DNA of 64,000 bases from NCBI GenBank assembly GCA_965279375.1, contig OZ257156.1, forward strand, positions 4,480,001-4,544,000, read 5' to 3'. Under the pieces are notes generated by a model. It did not search any database. It was given only the letters and a program-made list of their open reading frames with translations, and was not told the origin of the DNA. Positions 30,637 through 39,505 of this stretch are shown in pieces. The DNA is from Gemmatimonas sp. GTDB taxonomy: Bacteria > Gemmatimonadota > Gemmatimonadetes > Gemmatimonadales > Gemmatimonadaceae. The position numbers were made by a program, and so were the translations under genes. Numbering within the stretch: position 1 is the stretch's first letter; the number at the start of each line of letters is the position of its first letter.

Positions 30637-31908
30637 TCAGCGACGCAGCCCGAACGGGATGCGCGACATCGCCAGCTGACCGTTGCTGATCACGACCAAC
30701 ACGTCCTGCAGGGCGCTGATGTCGTCGAGCGGGTTCCGCTCTACAAGGATGAGATCCGCCTCGAATCCCGGCGCCACGCGGCCCACGGTCTTCTCGATGC
30801 GCAACAACTCGGCGGCGACCGTGGTGGCGGCCTGCAGTGCCTCCAGCGGCGTGAATCCCAGCTTGGCGAAGCGCGCCACTTCGTGACTGATGCGCGTGAC
30901 ACTGGTGGGACCGTATTGCGTGTCGCCTCCGGTGACGACCTTGACACCCATCGCGTGCGCCTGCCGAATGGCGTCTTCCGCGCGCGGGAACATGTGCTTG
31001 CCGCGCAGCTGCAAGATGGGATCGTCGTAGTCGCCGCCCGGCTCGATCAGGTCGGCGAGAGTAGACAGTGTCGGCACGAGAAAGGTGCCCTTCGCCTTCA
31101 TCAGGCGCAGTGTGCTGTCGGAGATGTAGGTGCCGTGCTCGATGCTACGCACCCCCGCCGCAACGGCCGCGTACGCCCCTTCATCGCCGTGCGCATGCGC
31201 CTCGACCGGCACGTTTCGCGTGGCGGCTTCCTCCACCACCGCGCGCAGCTGCGCTTCGTCGTAGACCTGCTTGCGCGGATCGGTATTGGGGAGGCCGGCG
31301 CGCTCCGTACCGCGCGTCTTGATCACGTCCACGCCGTGATCGAGGTTGACGCGAACCAACGCGCGCAGCTGCTCTGGCGTGCGTACGCCGCTCAGAAACA
31401 GTGGACCGAGCCGCGAGTCGGCGAGCACCGTCTCACCCAAGTCCGGCGTGACGAAGACGCCGGCGGCTTGCATGTCGGGACCGGGCAGCGTGCCGCGCCT
31501 CACGGCATCACGAATGGCCACGTCCTGAAAGAGCGGAGTGCTGGCGCTGCGCACGGTCGTCACGCCGCTTTCGAGCGCGCGTCGCGCCGCGTCGAGTGAT
31601 GCGATGTGTGTGTGCGCGTCGATGAGTCCCGGGAGCATCCAGCGACCCTGCGCATCCACCACCCGCGCGCCCGCGGGCGCGGGAGCACCACTCGCGATAC
31701 GCGTGATGAGCCGCCCGTCGATCTGCACCGTCGCATCGCGCGTGACTGCGCCTGTCACAACATCGACGACGTTGGCATGGACGACAACCAGCGGAGCCTG
31801 CGCGCCAGCGGGCGCCTGCTGCGCGCGAAGTTCCGTTCCTGCGTGCGTGACCTGCAGCAGCGCGAGCGAGACGACGGACACAGCGGAGCGTAACGGAACA
31901 TGCTTCAT
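30637..31908 (-). CDS. Exported amidohydrolase (Xaa-Pro dipeptidase-like)
   Basis: PGLIDAHTH, GVTTVR, AHAH, SIEHG, GGD, GFEADLI. Confidence 0.9.
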   Translation of the reverse strand: MKHVPLRSAVSVVSLALLQVTHAGTELRAQQAPAGAQAPLVVVHANVVDVVTGAVTRDATVQIDGRLITRIASGAPAPAGARVVDAQGRWMLPGLIDAHTHIASLDAARRALESGVTTVRSASTPLFQDVAIRDAVRRGTLPGPDMQAAGVFVTPDLGETVLADSRLGPLFLSGVRTPEQLRALVRVNLDHGVDVIKTRGTERAGLPNTDPRKQVYDEAQLRAVVEEAATRNVPVEAHAHGDEGAYAAVAAGVRSIEHGTYISDSTLRLMKAKGTFLVPTLSTLADLIEPGGDYDDPILQLRGKHMFPRAEDAIRQAHAMGVKVVTGGDTQYGPTSVTRISHEVARFAKLGFTPLEALQAATTVAAELLRIEKTVGRVAPGFEADLILVERNPLDDISALQDVLVVISNGQLAMSRIPFGLRR

Positions 31909-32048
31909 CACTCGTACTCCCTGACAACAGTCTGAAGGCCGACTCGGGAACGGAGACAACGTGCCTGCGTCGCGGCGAGAACGCGAGGGTTTTGGGCTGT
32001 AGTTCGCGAGACCTGCCGCCCGACCCTCCACCTCGCCAGCTTCCCCGA

Positions 32049-32873
32049 ATGCGCGCCCGCCCCTCTCCGCCAACCAACCTCCCCGACCGCCCGGCGCGGC
32101 ACGAGCAGACGCACGCCGGCCCGTCGACTGCCTCGGTGCCGAGCGCACTTGCCGCACAGCGCGAGCGAAACCGCGCGATTCGTGCGCACGCGGAGCGGTT
32201 GGCGAACACCAGCGAGTGGGGCGCGCTGCCGTTGGCGATCGTGCCTTTGCAGGAGCGCCCACTGGCCGCCGTTCCTGCCGCGATGCAACAGCGCTTCCTT
32301 GCCCGTCTGGCGGAACGGATCGAACGCGCGTTCAGCGCGAACGCAGCGGTGCCTCAGGCCGACCTCACCGATCTGAGCGAACCCGCGCAGACGTCGGCCC
32401 TTCTGGGCCAGGGGTGCGCGCTATGCCGTGGCGCGTGCTGCACTCGCGGAAGTGATCACGCATTTCTCGGCGAGGATAGTCTCGCGCGCGTTCGAATCGA
32501 GAACCCGTCGCTCGATGCCGACGCGCTGCTCGCCGCCTACGTCGCACATCTGCCGGTCGAGCACTACGCCGAGAGTTGTGTGTATCACGGCGCCACCGGA
32601 TGCGCGCTCCCGCTGCTGCTACGGTCCACCACGTGCAACCGCTATCGTTGCGGCGGGCTGACGGAACTCGCGCGTGCCTTGCAACCGTCCGCGGCGTCGG
32701 TCGTCGCGTCGGCTAACGATGTGTCGGCTACCGATGTGTCGGCTACCGATGTTCGCGCGCCAAGCGCGACCGCGCCTACCGTCGCCGTCATCGGGGTGTC
32801 GGACAACGTACGACTCCGACGCATCGCGCGCGTGTGCGGTACGACCGCGGACGAACGCCCCGTCAGCGATTGA
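32049..32873 (+). CDS. YkgJ/CxxCxxCC-like cysteine-cluster protein
   Basis: CALCRGACC ... CVYHGATGC ... RSTTCNRYRC. Confidence 0.65.
   Translation: MRARPSPPTNLPDRPARHEQTHAGPSTASVPSALAAQRERNRAIRAHAERLANTSEWGALPLAIVPLQERPLAAVPAAMQQRFLARLAERIERAFSANAAVPQADLTDLSEPAQTSALLGQGCALCRGACCTRGSDHAFLGEDSLARVRIENPSLDADALLAAYVAHLPVEHYAESCVYHGATGCALPLLLRSTTCNRYRCGGLTELARALQPSAASVVASANDVSATDVSATDVRAPSATAPTVAVIGVSDNVRLRRIARVCGTTADERPVSD
32708..32752 (+). repeat. In-frame tandem repeat, 3 x 15 bp (GTCGGCTA[A/C]CGATGT)
   Basis: Read directly; encodes SANDV-SATDV-SATDV. Confidence 0.9.
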
Positions 32874-34206
32874 GCCAGTGACGCACGAATGACCCATCCG
32901 GATCGTACGTCGCCGCCTGTTTGGCCACGTTGAAGGCGCGCGTTCCTCGCGCGTCGTTGCCAACACCGGCGGCGTACATCCAATTGCCCCAGTTGCTCGC
33001 CACATCGTAGTCCACGAGCAACGATTCGAACCACTCTGCGCCCAGACGCCAATCGATGCGCAGCGTCTGCGTGAGATGGCTGGCCACGTTCTGCCGAGCG
33101 CGATTGCTGGTGAAGCCTGATGCGGCGAGCTCGCGCATCGACGCGTCCACGAGCGGAAGCCCCGTGGAGCCTTCGCACCAACTCGCGAAGTCGGCCTCCG
33201 CCCGCGCATCTTCGAGCGTACGCCAGGGCACACGACGGCGCTGCAGGCCGCCTTCGGCGAAGATCGCATCGCCGTGTTGCAGCGCGACAAAGCGAAAGAA
33301 GTCGCGCCAGCGCAGTTCGAAGACCAGCCAGTAGGTGCTGTCGTTCTTCACGCGTTCCTTCTCGTAGCGCTGCACCTCCCCCCAGACGCGACGCGGCGAG
33401 AGGCAGCCCATGGCCAGCCACGGTGAAAGCTTGCTCGAGTCGTCAACACGCAGCATGCCGTTTCGCGTTTCCTTGTACTGCGCGATCTGATCCGTCTCCC
33501 AGAGATAGGACTTGAGTCGTGCCATGCCTGCGGTCGCTCCGCCGCGTGGCCGAAAGAGCACGCGCGGATCGTCGGCCGGTTCAGATAATCCGAGCGATTC
33601 GAGCGTGGGCAACTCGCCGGGCCCCACCGGTGGTAGCGTGAAGGACTTTGGCGCGGCCACCGGCATGCGAATGCGGATGTCGCGTTCGATCTGCTGTCGA
33701 AAGCTCGTGAACAGCTCGGGGAGCGCGCGCACAGGAAACGGCAGATCATCAGGATGGTGCAGCGTGTACCCCCACACGCGATCGACGGCGACACCCATCG
33801 GAGCAAGCGCAGAAATCAGTCGCGATTCGACCGACGTCTCTTCCGACGCGACTTCGGCGTGGCAGAACACGCGCGTCGCACCAAGCGCGCGGACCACCTC
33901 AGGCAGCTCCACCTCGGGCATGCCGCGGCGCACCACGAGGTCGCCACCGCGGGCTCGCAGCAGCTCCCGCAAGTCGGCGAGCGACTCGAGCAGAAACCGC
34001 GCGCGGAACGCACCGGTCTTGGGCACCCCCGACGGGAGCCGACCGAAGTGCCGAGGATCGATGCAGTACACCGGCACTACCGGCGCGCCAGTCGCCACGG
34101 CGCGTACCAACGGCTCGTGATCGTCGAGGCGCAGGTCGTTCCGCAGCCAGACGATCACTGGGGGCGAGGGCGTGTCGACCGGGAGCGGACCAGCGGGAGC
34201 GGACAT
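32863..34206 (-). CDS. DASH family cryptochrome/photolyase
   Basis: WLRNDLRLDD, YKETRNG, SSKLSPWLAMGCLSPR, TYWLVFELRWRDFF, SNRARQNVAS, DYDVASNWGNW. Confidence 0.93.
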   Translation of the reverse strand: MSAPAGPLPVDTPSPPVIVWLRNDLRLDDHEPLVRAVATGAPVVPVYCIDPRHFGRLPSGVPKTGAFRARFLLESLADLRELLRARGGDLVVRRGMPEVELPEVVRALGATRVFCHAEVASEETSVESRLISALAPMGVAVDRVWGYTLHHPDDLPFPVRALPELFTSFRQQIERDIRIRMPVAAPKSFTLPPVGPGELPTLESLGLSEPADDPRVLFRPRGGATAGMARLKSYLWETDQIAQYKETRNGMLRVDDSSKLSPWLAMGCLSPRRVWGEVQRYEKERVKNDSTYWLVFELRWRDFFRFVALQHGDAIFAEGGLQRRRVPWRTLEDARAEADFASWCEGSTGLPLVDASMRELAASGFTSNRARQNVASHLTQTLRIDWRLGAEWFESLLVDYDVASNWGNWMYAAGVGNDARGTRAFNVAKQAATYDPDGSFVRHWLNR

Positions 34207-34356
34207 GCGATGGGACCGGTGAGTGGTTCACGCAACGAACGGGCGGCGGACGCGACGGTTCCCGCGTAGTCAGCGGCCGTTGTCGGGTTCCGACAGCGAC
34301 TTGCGATGTAGGGAATGGCCCCCGTACTGCCGTCTCCTTTTTCGCGAGTTCTGATC

Positions 34357-34545
34357 ATGCCCGTCATCTCCTCGCACATGCGCGACGCCCTCGCGCCCCT
34401 GCTCGACTGCGCCCGCACACTCCGCGACGTGGACCGCACCGCGTGGCTGGCTGAGCTGCGGAAGGAATCGCCAACCGTGGTGACCCTGCTGGAGCAATTG
34501 CTGCGCGCGCAATCGCCACGCAGCAGCGCGCCGCGCGATCGATGA
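34357..34545 (+). CDS. Small hypothetical protein resembling the helical N-terminal module of some Ser/Thr kinases
   Basis: LAPLLDCARTLRDVDRTAWLAELRKESPTVVTLLEQLL; lies directly upstream of the hydrolase on the same strand. Confidence 0.5.
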   Translation: MPVISSHMRDALAPLLDCARTLRDVDRTAWLAELRKESPTVVTLLEQLLRAQSPRSSAPRDR

Positions 34546-34581
34546 AGGACGCGCGCTGAGAACCAACAGCACCGATCGCGC

Positions 34582-35616
34582 ATGATGCTCTCCCAGCTTC
34601 TGCTGACGGCGTCCGGTCTCGGCGCGGCCTACGTTGTGGTGGCTGCGGCGGTGGCCCATCGCTTCACGAGTCCGTTCACTCGCGGTCGACGCCAGCAGCT
34701 GCGCTCCACGTCGCCGGAGCTGCACGCGGGATGCACACACCTCTCGCTCCGCGCGCGCGTGGATGGTACATGGCTCAGCGCCTCCCTGGCCGATGTTCCG
34801 AACGCGCCAAGCGCAGTTGTGCTCGTGCACGGCCGCGGAACGTCGCGAGGCAGTCAGCTGCGTGAGAATGCCTATCCTCTCGTGGAGGCGCTCAACGCGG
34901 CGGGATTCGCGGTACTGCTATTCGACCTGCGTGGTCATGGCGACAGCGCGTCCACGCGCATCACGTTCGGCATTCGGGAGCAGCGCGACATTCTGGGCGC
35001 GTTCGACTGGTTGCGCGAGCGGGGCTTCTCGCCCGGAAACATCGGCGTGCTGGGCGCGTCGATGGGCGGAGCAGCCACCATCGCTGCGGCGGCGATCGAG
35101 CCGGGATTCGGAGCCATCGTGATCGACAGCGCCTACACAGACGTGGGCGTGATCTTCGCACGGCAATTCGCGCGCTTCACTCGGCTTCCCACCCCGGTTC
35201 TCCACAGTGCGCTCGTCGTGGCGCGTTGGCTGACGGGCGAGTCCATCGCTGATTTTCGTCCGCTCGACCTCGCACACCGACTGCGCGCCCGACCTACGCT
35301 GGTCATCCACGCTCAGGGGGATAGCATAGTGCCGGTGGAACAGGCGCACGCGATTGCGGCGGCGGCGGACGGTGAGTTGTGGCTGACCGGCGCACGCGGG
35401 CATCTTCGCTCGTACGCCCATGACCGTGCCGCATATCTGCACCGTGTGGTCGGGTTCTTTGCACGACACGTGGGCACCGCGGTGGCAGCGGATGCGGTCT
35501 CGCCGATCTCCGCGATGCCGGCGCGGGCCTTGACGCGCGATACTAGGCGCGAGGTGAAGCGCGAGGAGGAGCGCGGCGCCGTGGGACACCCTGCGGAGGA
35601 GCCGGTGACGCGGTAA
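34582..35616 (+). CDS. Alpha/beta hydrolase with an N-terminal anchor
   Basis: VHG, FDLRGHGDS, GASMGG, IHAQGD..VP, GH. Confidence 0.88.
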   Translation: MMLSQLLLTASGLGAAYVVVAAAVAHRFTSPFTRGRRQQLRSTSPELHAGCTHLSLRARVDGTWLSASLADVPNAPSAVVLVHGRGTSRGSQLRENAYPLVEALNAAGFAVLLFDLRGHGDSASTRITFGIREQRDILGAFDWLRERGFSPGNIGVLGASMGGAATIAAAAIEPGFGAIVIDSAYTDVGVIFARQFARFTRLPTPVLHSALVVARWLTGESIADFRPLDLAHRLRARPTLVIHAQGDSIVPVEQAHAIAAAADGELWLTGARGHLRSYAHDRAAYLHRVVGFFARHVGTAVAADAVSPISAMPARALTRDTRREVKREEERGAVGHPAEEPVTR

Positions 35617-35671
35617 CGTTGGCGCGTCCTCAACATTCCGCGCGCACACCGCCACCTCAGCCCCGGTGCCC

Positions 35672-38056
35672 ATGCCGACGATCGCACCAACGCCTCGCTG
35701 CCGTTCCGCACGCTTCCGGATTGGAATCGTCGTCACTGCCGCCGTGCTCGCCGGGCACACCACGTCGCTGCGCGCCCAGGCGCGGTTGGCGGTGAGCGGA
35801 TCAACGCTGCCATCGCCGGCCAGTGTACTTGGCTACGAGCCCGGAACGGCGCGCAAGCTGCCGACGTGGAAGCAGGTGACCGACTACTTCACCTCGCTCG
35901 ACAAGGCGAGTCCGCGCGTGAGTGTGCGGACGCTCGGCAAGACGACACTCGGCCGACCGTTTCTCGTCGCGTTCATCGCCGACCCGGCCACGCTCAACAA
36001 TCTCGAGAAGTACCGACGCATCCAGCGTAAGCTGATGGACCCGCGCCTGCGCGCGAAGGATGAACTCGAGTCCCTCCTCGCAACGGGCAAGAACGTCATT
36101 CTCATCACGTCGAGCATTCACTCCACCGAGGTGGGCGGCTTCACCACACCGCTGGTGCTGGCCGACCGACTGGCTCGCGCGGAGACGCCTGAGGCTCGCA
36201 GCATTCTCGCCAATACCATCGTGATGCTCGTGCCGAGTCAAAATCCTGACGGCGTCGACATCGTCGGCGACTGGTATCGCTCGACGCTGGGCACGCCTGC
36301 CGAGGGCACGCAACCGCCAGAGCTGTATCACAAGTACACCGGTCACGACAACAACCGCGACTGGTACGCGTTCACACAGCTGGAGACGCGATACACGGTG
36401 GACTCGCTGTACACGCCGTGGAATCCGCAGATCGTCAACGACGTACATCAGCAGGGCTCGAATGCGGGACGCATCTTCATTCCGCCGTACATGGATCCGG
36501 TGGAGCCCAACATCGACCCGATTCTCACGGCCGGCACGAACGCGCTCGGCATGTCGATGGTGGCGCGCATGACCGCTGAGGGAAAGACGGGTATCGCGTC
36601 GAACGCCGCGTACGATCAGTGGTCACCGGCGCGCCAGTATTCGCTGTATCATCGTGGCGTGCGCATTCTCACTGAGACGGCGAGCGCGCGGCTGGCGACG
36701 GCCATCGATCTCCCATTCGCCTCGCTCGGAACCGGGCGCGGCTACGACGCGAAGGTGACGAGCTGGAACTTCGCCTCCATCTGGCCCGGTGGTACGTGGA
36801 CGTACGCGGATATCGTATCGTATCAGGTGAGCGCATCATGGGCGCTCTTGAGCGAAGCGGCGCGCAGCCGTCGGCAGTGGCTCGAAAGCTACGCGGCGTT
36901 AGGCACGAGGGCGCTGGCGCCTGAACATCCGTGGACGGCAACCGCGACACCGACGGCGTTCGTGATCCCGACGGCGCAGCGCGACACGCAAGCACTGCAG
37001 CGGATGCTCTGGATGCTGCAGCATGGCCAGGTGGAAGTGCGTACGGCAACCGCGCCCGTCACGACGGCCACCACCACCTACCCTGCGGGCAGCTATCTCG
37101 TCTCGACCACGCAGCCGTTCGGCGGCTACGCCAAGACGATGCTGGAGCGTCAGCAGTACCCGAATCTCTTCGACTACCCGGGCGGCCCGCCCAAGCGACC
37201 GTACGACGTCACGGCGCACACGCTGCCGCTGTTGCTGGGTGTGCAAGTGGAGGCGGTCACTACGCCGGTCTCGATGTCGAACGCACCGATTGCAGCGGTC
37301 GCGGAACCCAAATTTGCGGTGAACGGATTGAGCGACACCAGGGCGCGTCGCGTGGCGATCTACCGCAGCTACAGCGCGTCGATGGACGAAGGATGGACGC
37401 GATGGATGTTCGATGCGAATCGCATTCCGTTCACGAGCATCGTCGACAAGGACATTCGCGCGGGTGCGCTGCACGATCGATTCGACGTGATCATTCTCCC
37501 CGACCAGAACACCGCGGGATTGGCGCGCGGGCTCGGCAACGCCTATCCAGATTCACTGCGCGGCGGCATTGGCGGCAGCGGTGGCAATGCGCTCGCCGAC
37601 TTCGTGCAGCAGGGCGGAACGCTGCTCGCGTTCAACGATGCGAGCGAGTACGCCATCGAGACGCTCAAGCTGCCCGTCAAGAACGTGCTGGCTGGCGTGC
37701 GCAACACCGACTTCTACGCGCCGGGATCATTGATGTCGGTGCAGCTCTCGCCGGGCCATCCGCTCGCGGCCGGTGTGACGGCGCCGGTGCCCGCGATCTG
37801 GTTTGAAGACAGCCCCGCCTTCGAGATCACCGACCCGTCGCGCGCGACGGCGGTGGCGACGTATCAGGCGAGCGGTGACCCGTTGCTCTCGGGATGGCTG
37901 CTGGGCGGCGCGAAGCTCAATGGCAAGGCCGCGATGGTGGACGTTGCACAGGGCAAGGGCCACGTCGTGCTGTATGGGTTTCGTCCGCAGTATCGCGGAC
38001 AGACGATGGCGACGCAGCCGCTGATCTGGGAAGCGATCATGCGGCTGCGTCAGTAG
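35672..38056 (+). CDS. Exported M14 zinc carboxypeptidase with a C-terminal GATase-like domain
   Basis: HSTE, NPDG, DNNRD, DVHQ; signal peptide. Confidence 0.9.
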   Translation: MPTIAPTPRCRSARFRIGIVVTAAVLAGHTTSLRAQARLAVSGSTLPSPASVLGYEPGTARKLPTWKQVTDYFTSLDKASPRVSVRTLGKTTLGRPFLVAFIADPATLNNLEKYRRIQRKLMDPRLRAKDELESLLATGKNVILITSSIHSTEVGGFTTPLVLADRLARAETPEARSILANTIVMLVPSQNPDGVDIVGDWYRSTLGTPAEGTQPPELYHKYTGHDNNRDWYAFTQLETRYTVDSLYTPWNPQIVNDVHQQGSNAGRIFIPPYMDPVEPNIDPILTAGTNALGMSMVARMTAEGKTGIASNAAYDQWSPARQYSLYHRGVRILTETASARLATAIDLPFASLGTGRGYDAKVTSWNFASIWPGGTWTYADIVSYQVSASWALLSEAARSRRQWLESYAALGTRALAPEHPWTATATPTAFVIPTAQRDTQALQRMLWMLQHGQVEVRTATAPVTTATTTYPAGSYLVSTTQPFGGYAKTMLERQQYPNLFDYPGGPPKRPYDVTAHTLPLLLGVQVEAVTTPVSMSNAPIAAVAEPKFAVNGLSDTRARRVAIYRSYSASMDEGWTRWMFDANRIPFTSIVDKDIRAGALHDRFDVIILPDQNTAGLARGLGNAYPDSLRGGIGGSGGNALADFVQQGGTLLAFNDASEYAIETLKLPVKNVLAGVRNTDFYAPGSLMSVQLSPGHPLAAGVTAPVPAIWFEDSPAFEITDPSRATAVATYQASGDPLLSGWLLGGAKLNGKAAMVDVAQGKGHVVLYGFRPQYRGQTMATQPLIWEAIMRLRQ

Positions 38057-38063
38057 GCCAACG

Positions 38064-38927
38064 TTACTTCAAGTTCGTCTTGAAGAACGACAACGACTTG
38101 GTCCAGGCGTCTTCAGCAGCTGCCTTGTTGTACGCCTGGCCGGTCGGGTTCGCAAAGGCGTGGTTGGCATCGGCGTAGACGTTCACACCGATCGCCTTGC
38201 CAGCCGCCTTGATCTTGGACTCCATCGCGCGCACGCTGTCCACGGGAATGCCCGTGTCCTTGCCGCCGTAGAAGCCGAGCACTGGCGCGGACAGACGCGC
38301 GAGCTGCGTCTGGTCAGTGATGGGCGCGCCGTAGTAGATCACGACGGCCTTCACATCCTTTCCGCCGACGAGTCCCGTGCGCAGCGACCAGTGACCGCCG
38401 AAGCAGTAGCCAACAGCGCCGATCGACGTCGCGCCCTGCTTCTTCAAGTAGTCGATGGCATCGAAGATGTTCTTGTCGCCGACGGGCACGTTGGCCATCG
38501 CGCCCTGATAGAGCTTCATCGCCGCATCCGGCGTGGTGGCGACGGAGCCGAAGAGATCGACGGCGAGCACCGTGTAGCCTTCGCCAGCGTAGCGCTTGGC
38601 CACGGCCTTGATGTTTTCGTTGAGCCCCCACCATTCGTGCACCATGATGAGCGCCGGCTTGCCCGCGCCCGCCTTGGGCTTGGCTGGCTTTGCCAAGAAG
38701 CCCGAGATCACCTTGCCGTCGATCGTGCTGTACTTGACCGTCTCGGAGGTGACCGCTTGCCGTGGCGCGATGAGTGCAGCGGGCGACGGCGTCGGTGTTT
38801 CGTTCGCGTGTTCGTGCCGCATGGCGGCGGCGTAGTCAGGCTGGTTCTGCTGGGCCGCGAGCGGAGCGGACGCCAGCACGAGCGTTGACACGCCAGCGAT
38901 CAGGCGAAGCGAGCGAGTAAGCATCAT
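38064..38927 (-). CDS. Dienelactone hydrolase family protein, exported
   Basis: HEWWGLN, GYCFGG, YYG, HAFAN. Confidence 0.93.
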   Translation of the reverse strand: MMLTRSLRLIAGVSTLVLASAPLAAQQNQPDYAAAMRHEHANETPTPSPAALIAPRQAVTSETVKYSTIDGKVISGFLAKPAKPKAGAGKPALIMVHEWWGLNENIKAVAKRYAGEGYTVLAVDLFGSVATTPDAAMKLYQGAMANVPVGDKNIFDAIDYLKKQGATSIGAVGYCFGGHWSLRTGLVGGKDVKAVVIYYGAPITDQTQLARLSAPVLGFYGGKDTGIPVDSVRAMESKIKAAGKAIGVNVYADANHAFANPTGQAYNKAAAEDAWTKSLSFFKTNLK

Positions 38928-38961
38928 GTGTCGAGGAGTGGTAGTTGGAAGATGAGCGCGA

Positions 38962-39501
38962 CTACAGCGCGCGCTCGAACAGCAGGACTTCGGTGGAGTC
39001 GGGCGAGAGTCGCATCGGTCGAACCGGGCGAAACCCCAGCCGCTCCAGCAAGCGGATCGAGGAAGCGTTCTCTGGATCGGTGATCGCCGCGAGCCGCGTC
39101 AGCGCGTGTATGCTGCGCCCCTGCTCAATCACGGCTTCGGCGGCTTCTCGTGCGTACCCCTGACTCCAGAATTCGGGCAGAAAGGCGAACCCGATGTCCG
39201 GCACGTCCAGTCCGTCCCGTCGGATCAATCCGCAGATTCCGATCGCGGTTTCATTCGACCGCTGCTCGACACGGTACAGTCCGAAGCCGTTGGTCGCGTA
39301 GCTGGCAATCGCGCCATTGCGGAGATACGTGACGGCGTCGTCGACCGTGCGCACGCCGCGATCCCCGATGTAGCGCAGGAACGATGGCTGGTTGACCAAC
39401 GCCAGCATGAACGCGCCATCCTCTTCCGTCAGACGGCGCAACAGCAGTCGCTCAGTCACCGCGACCGCGCCCTCCAACTGCGCATCGCGCGCTTCGTTCA
39501 C
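38962..39501 (-). CDS. GNAT (RimJ/RimL-type) N-acetyltransferase
   Basis: TERLLLR, DIGFAFLPEFWSQGYAREAA, N..SIRLLERLGF. Confidence 0.9.
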   Translation of the reverse strand: MNEARDAQLEGAVAVTERLLLRRLTEEDGAFMLALVNQPSFLRYIGDRGVRTVDDAVTYLRNGAIASYATNGFGLYRVEQRSNETAIGICGLIRRDGLDVPDIGFAFLPEFWSQGYAREAAEAVIEQGRSIHALTRLAAITDPENASSIRLLERLGFRPVRPMRLSPDSTEVLLFERAL

Positions 39502-39505
39502 GGGT

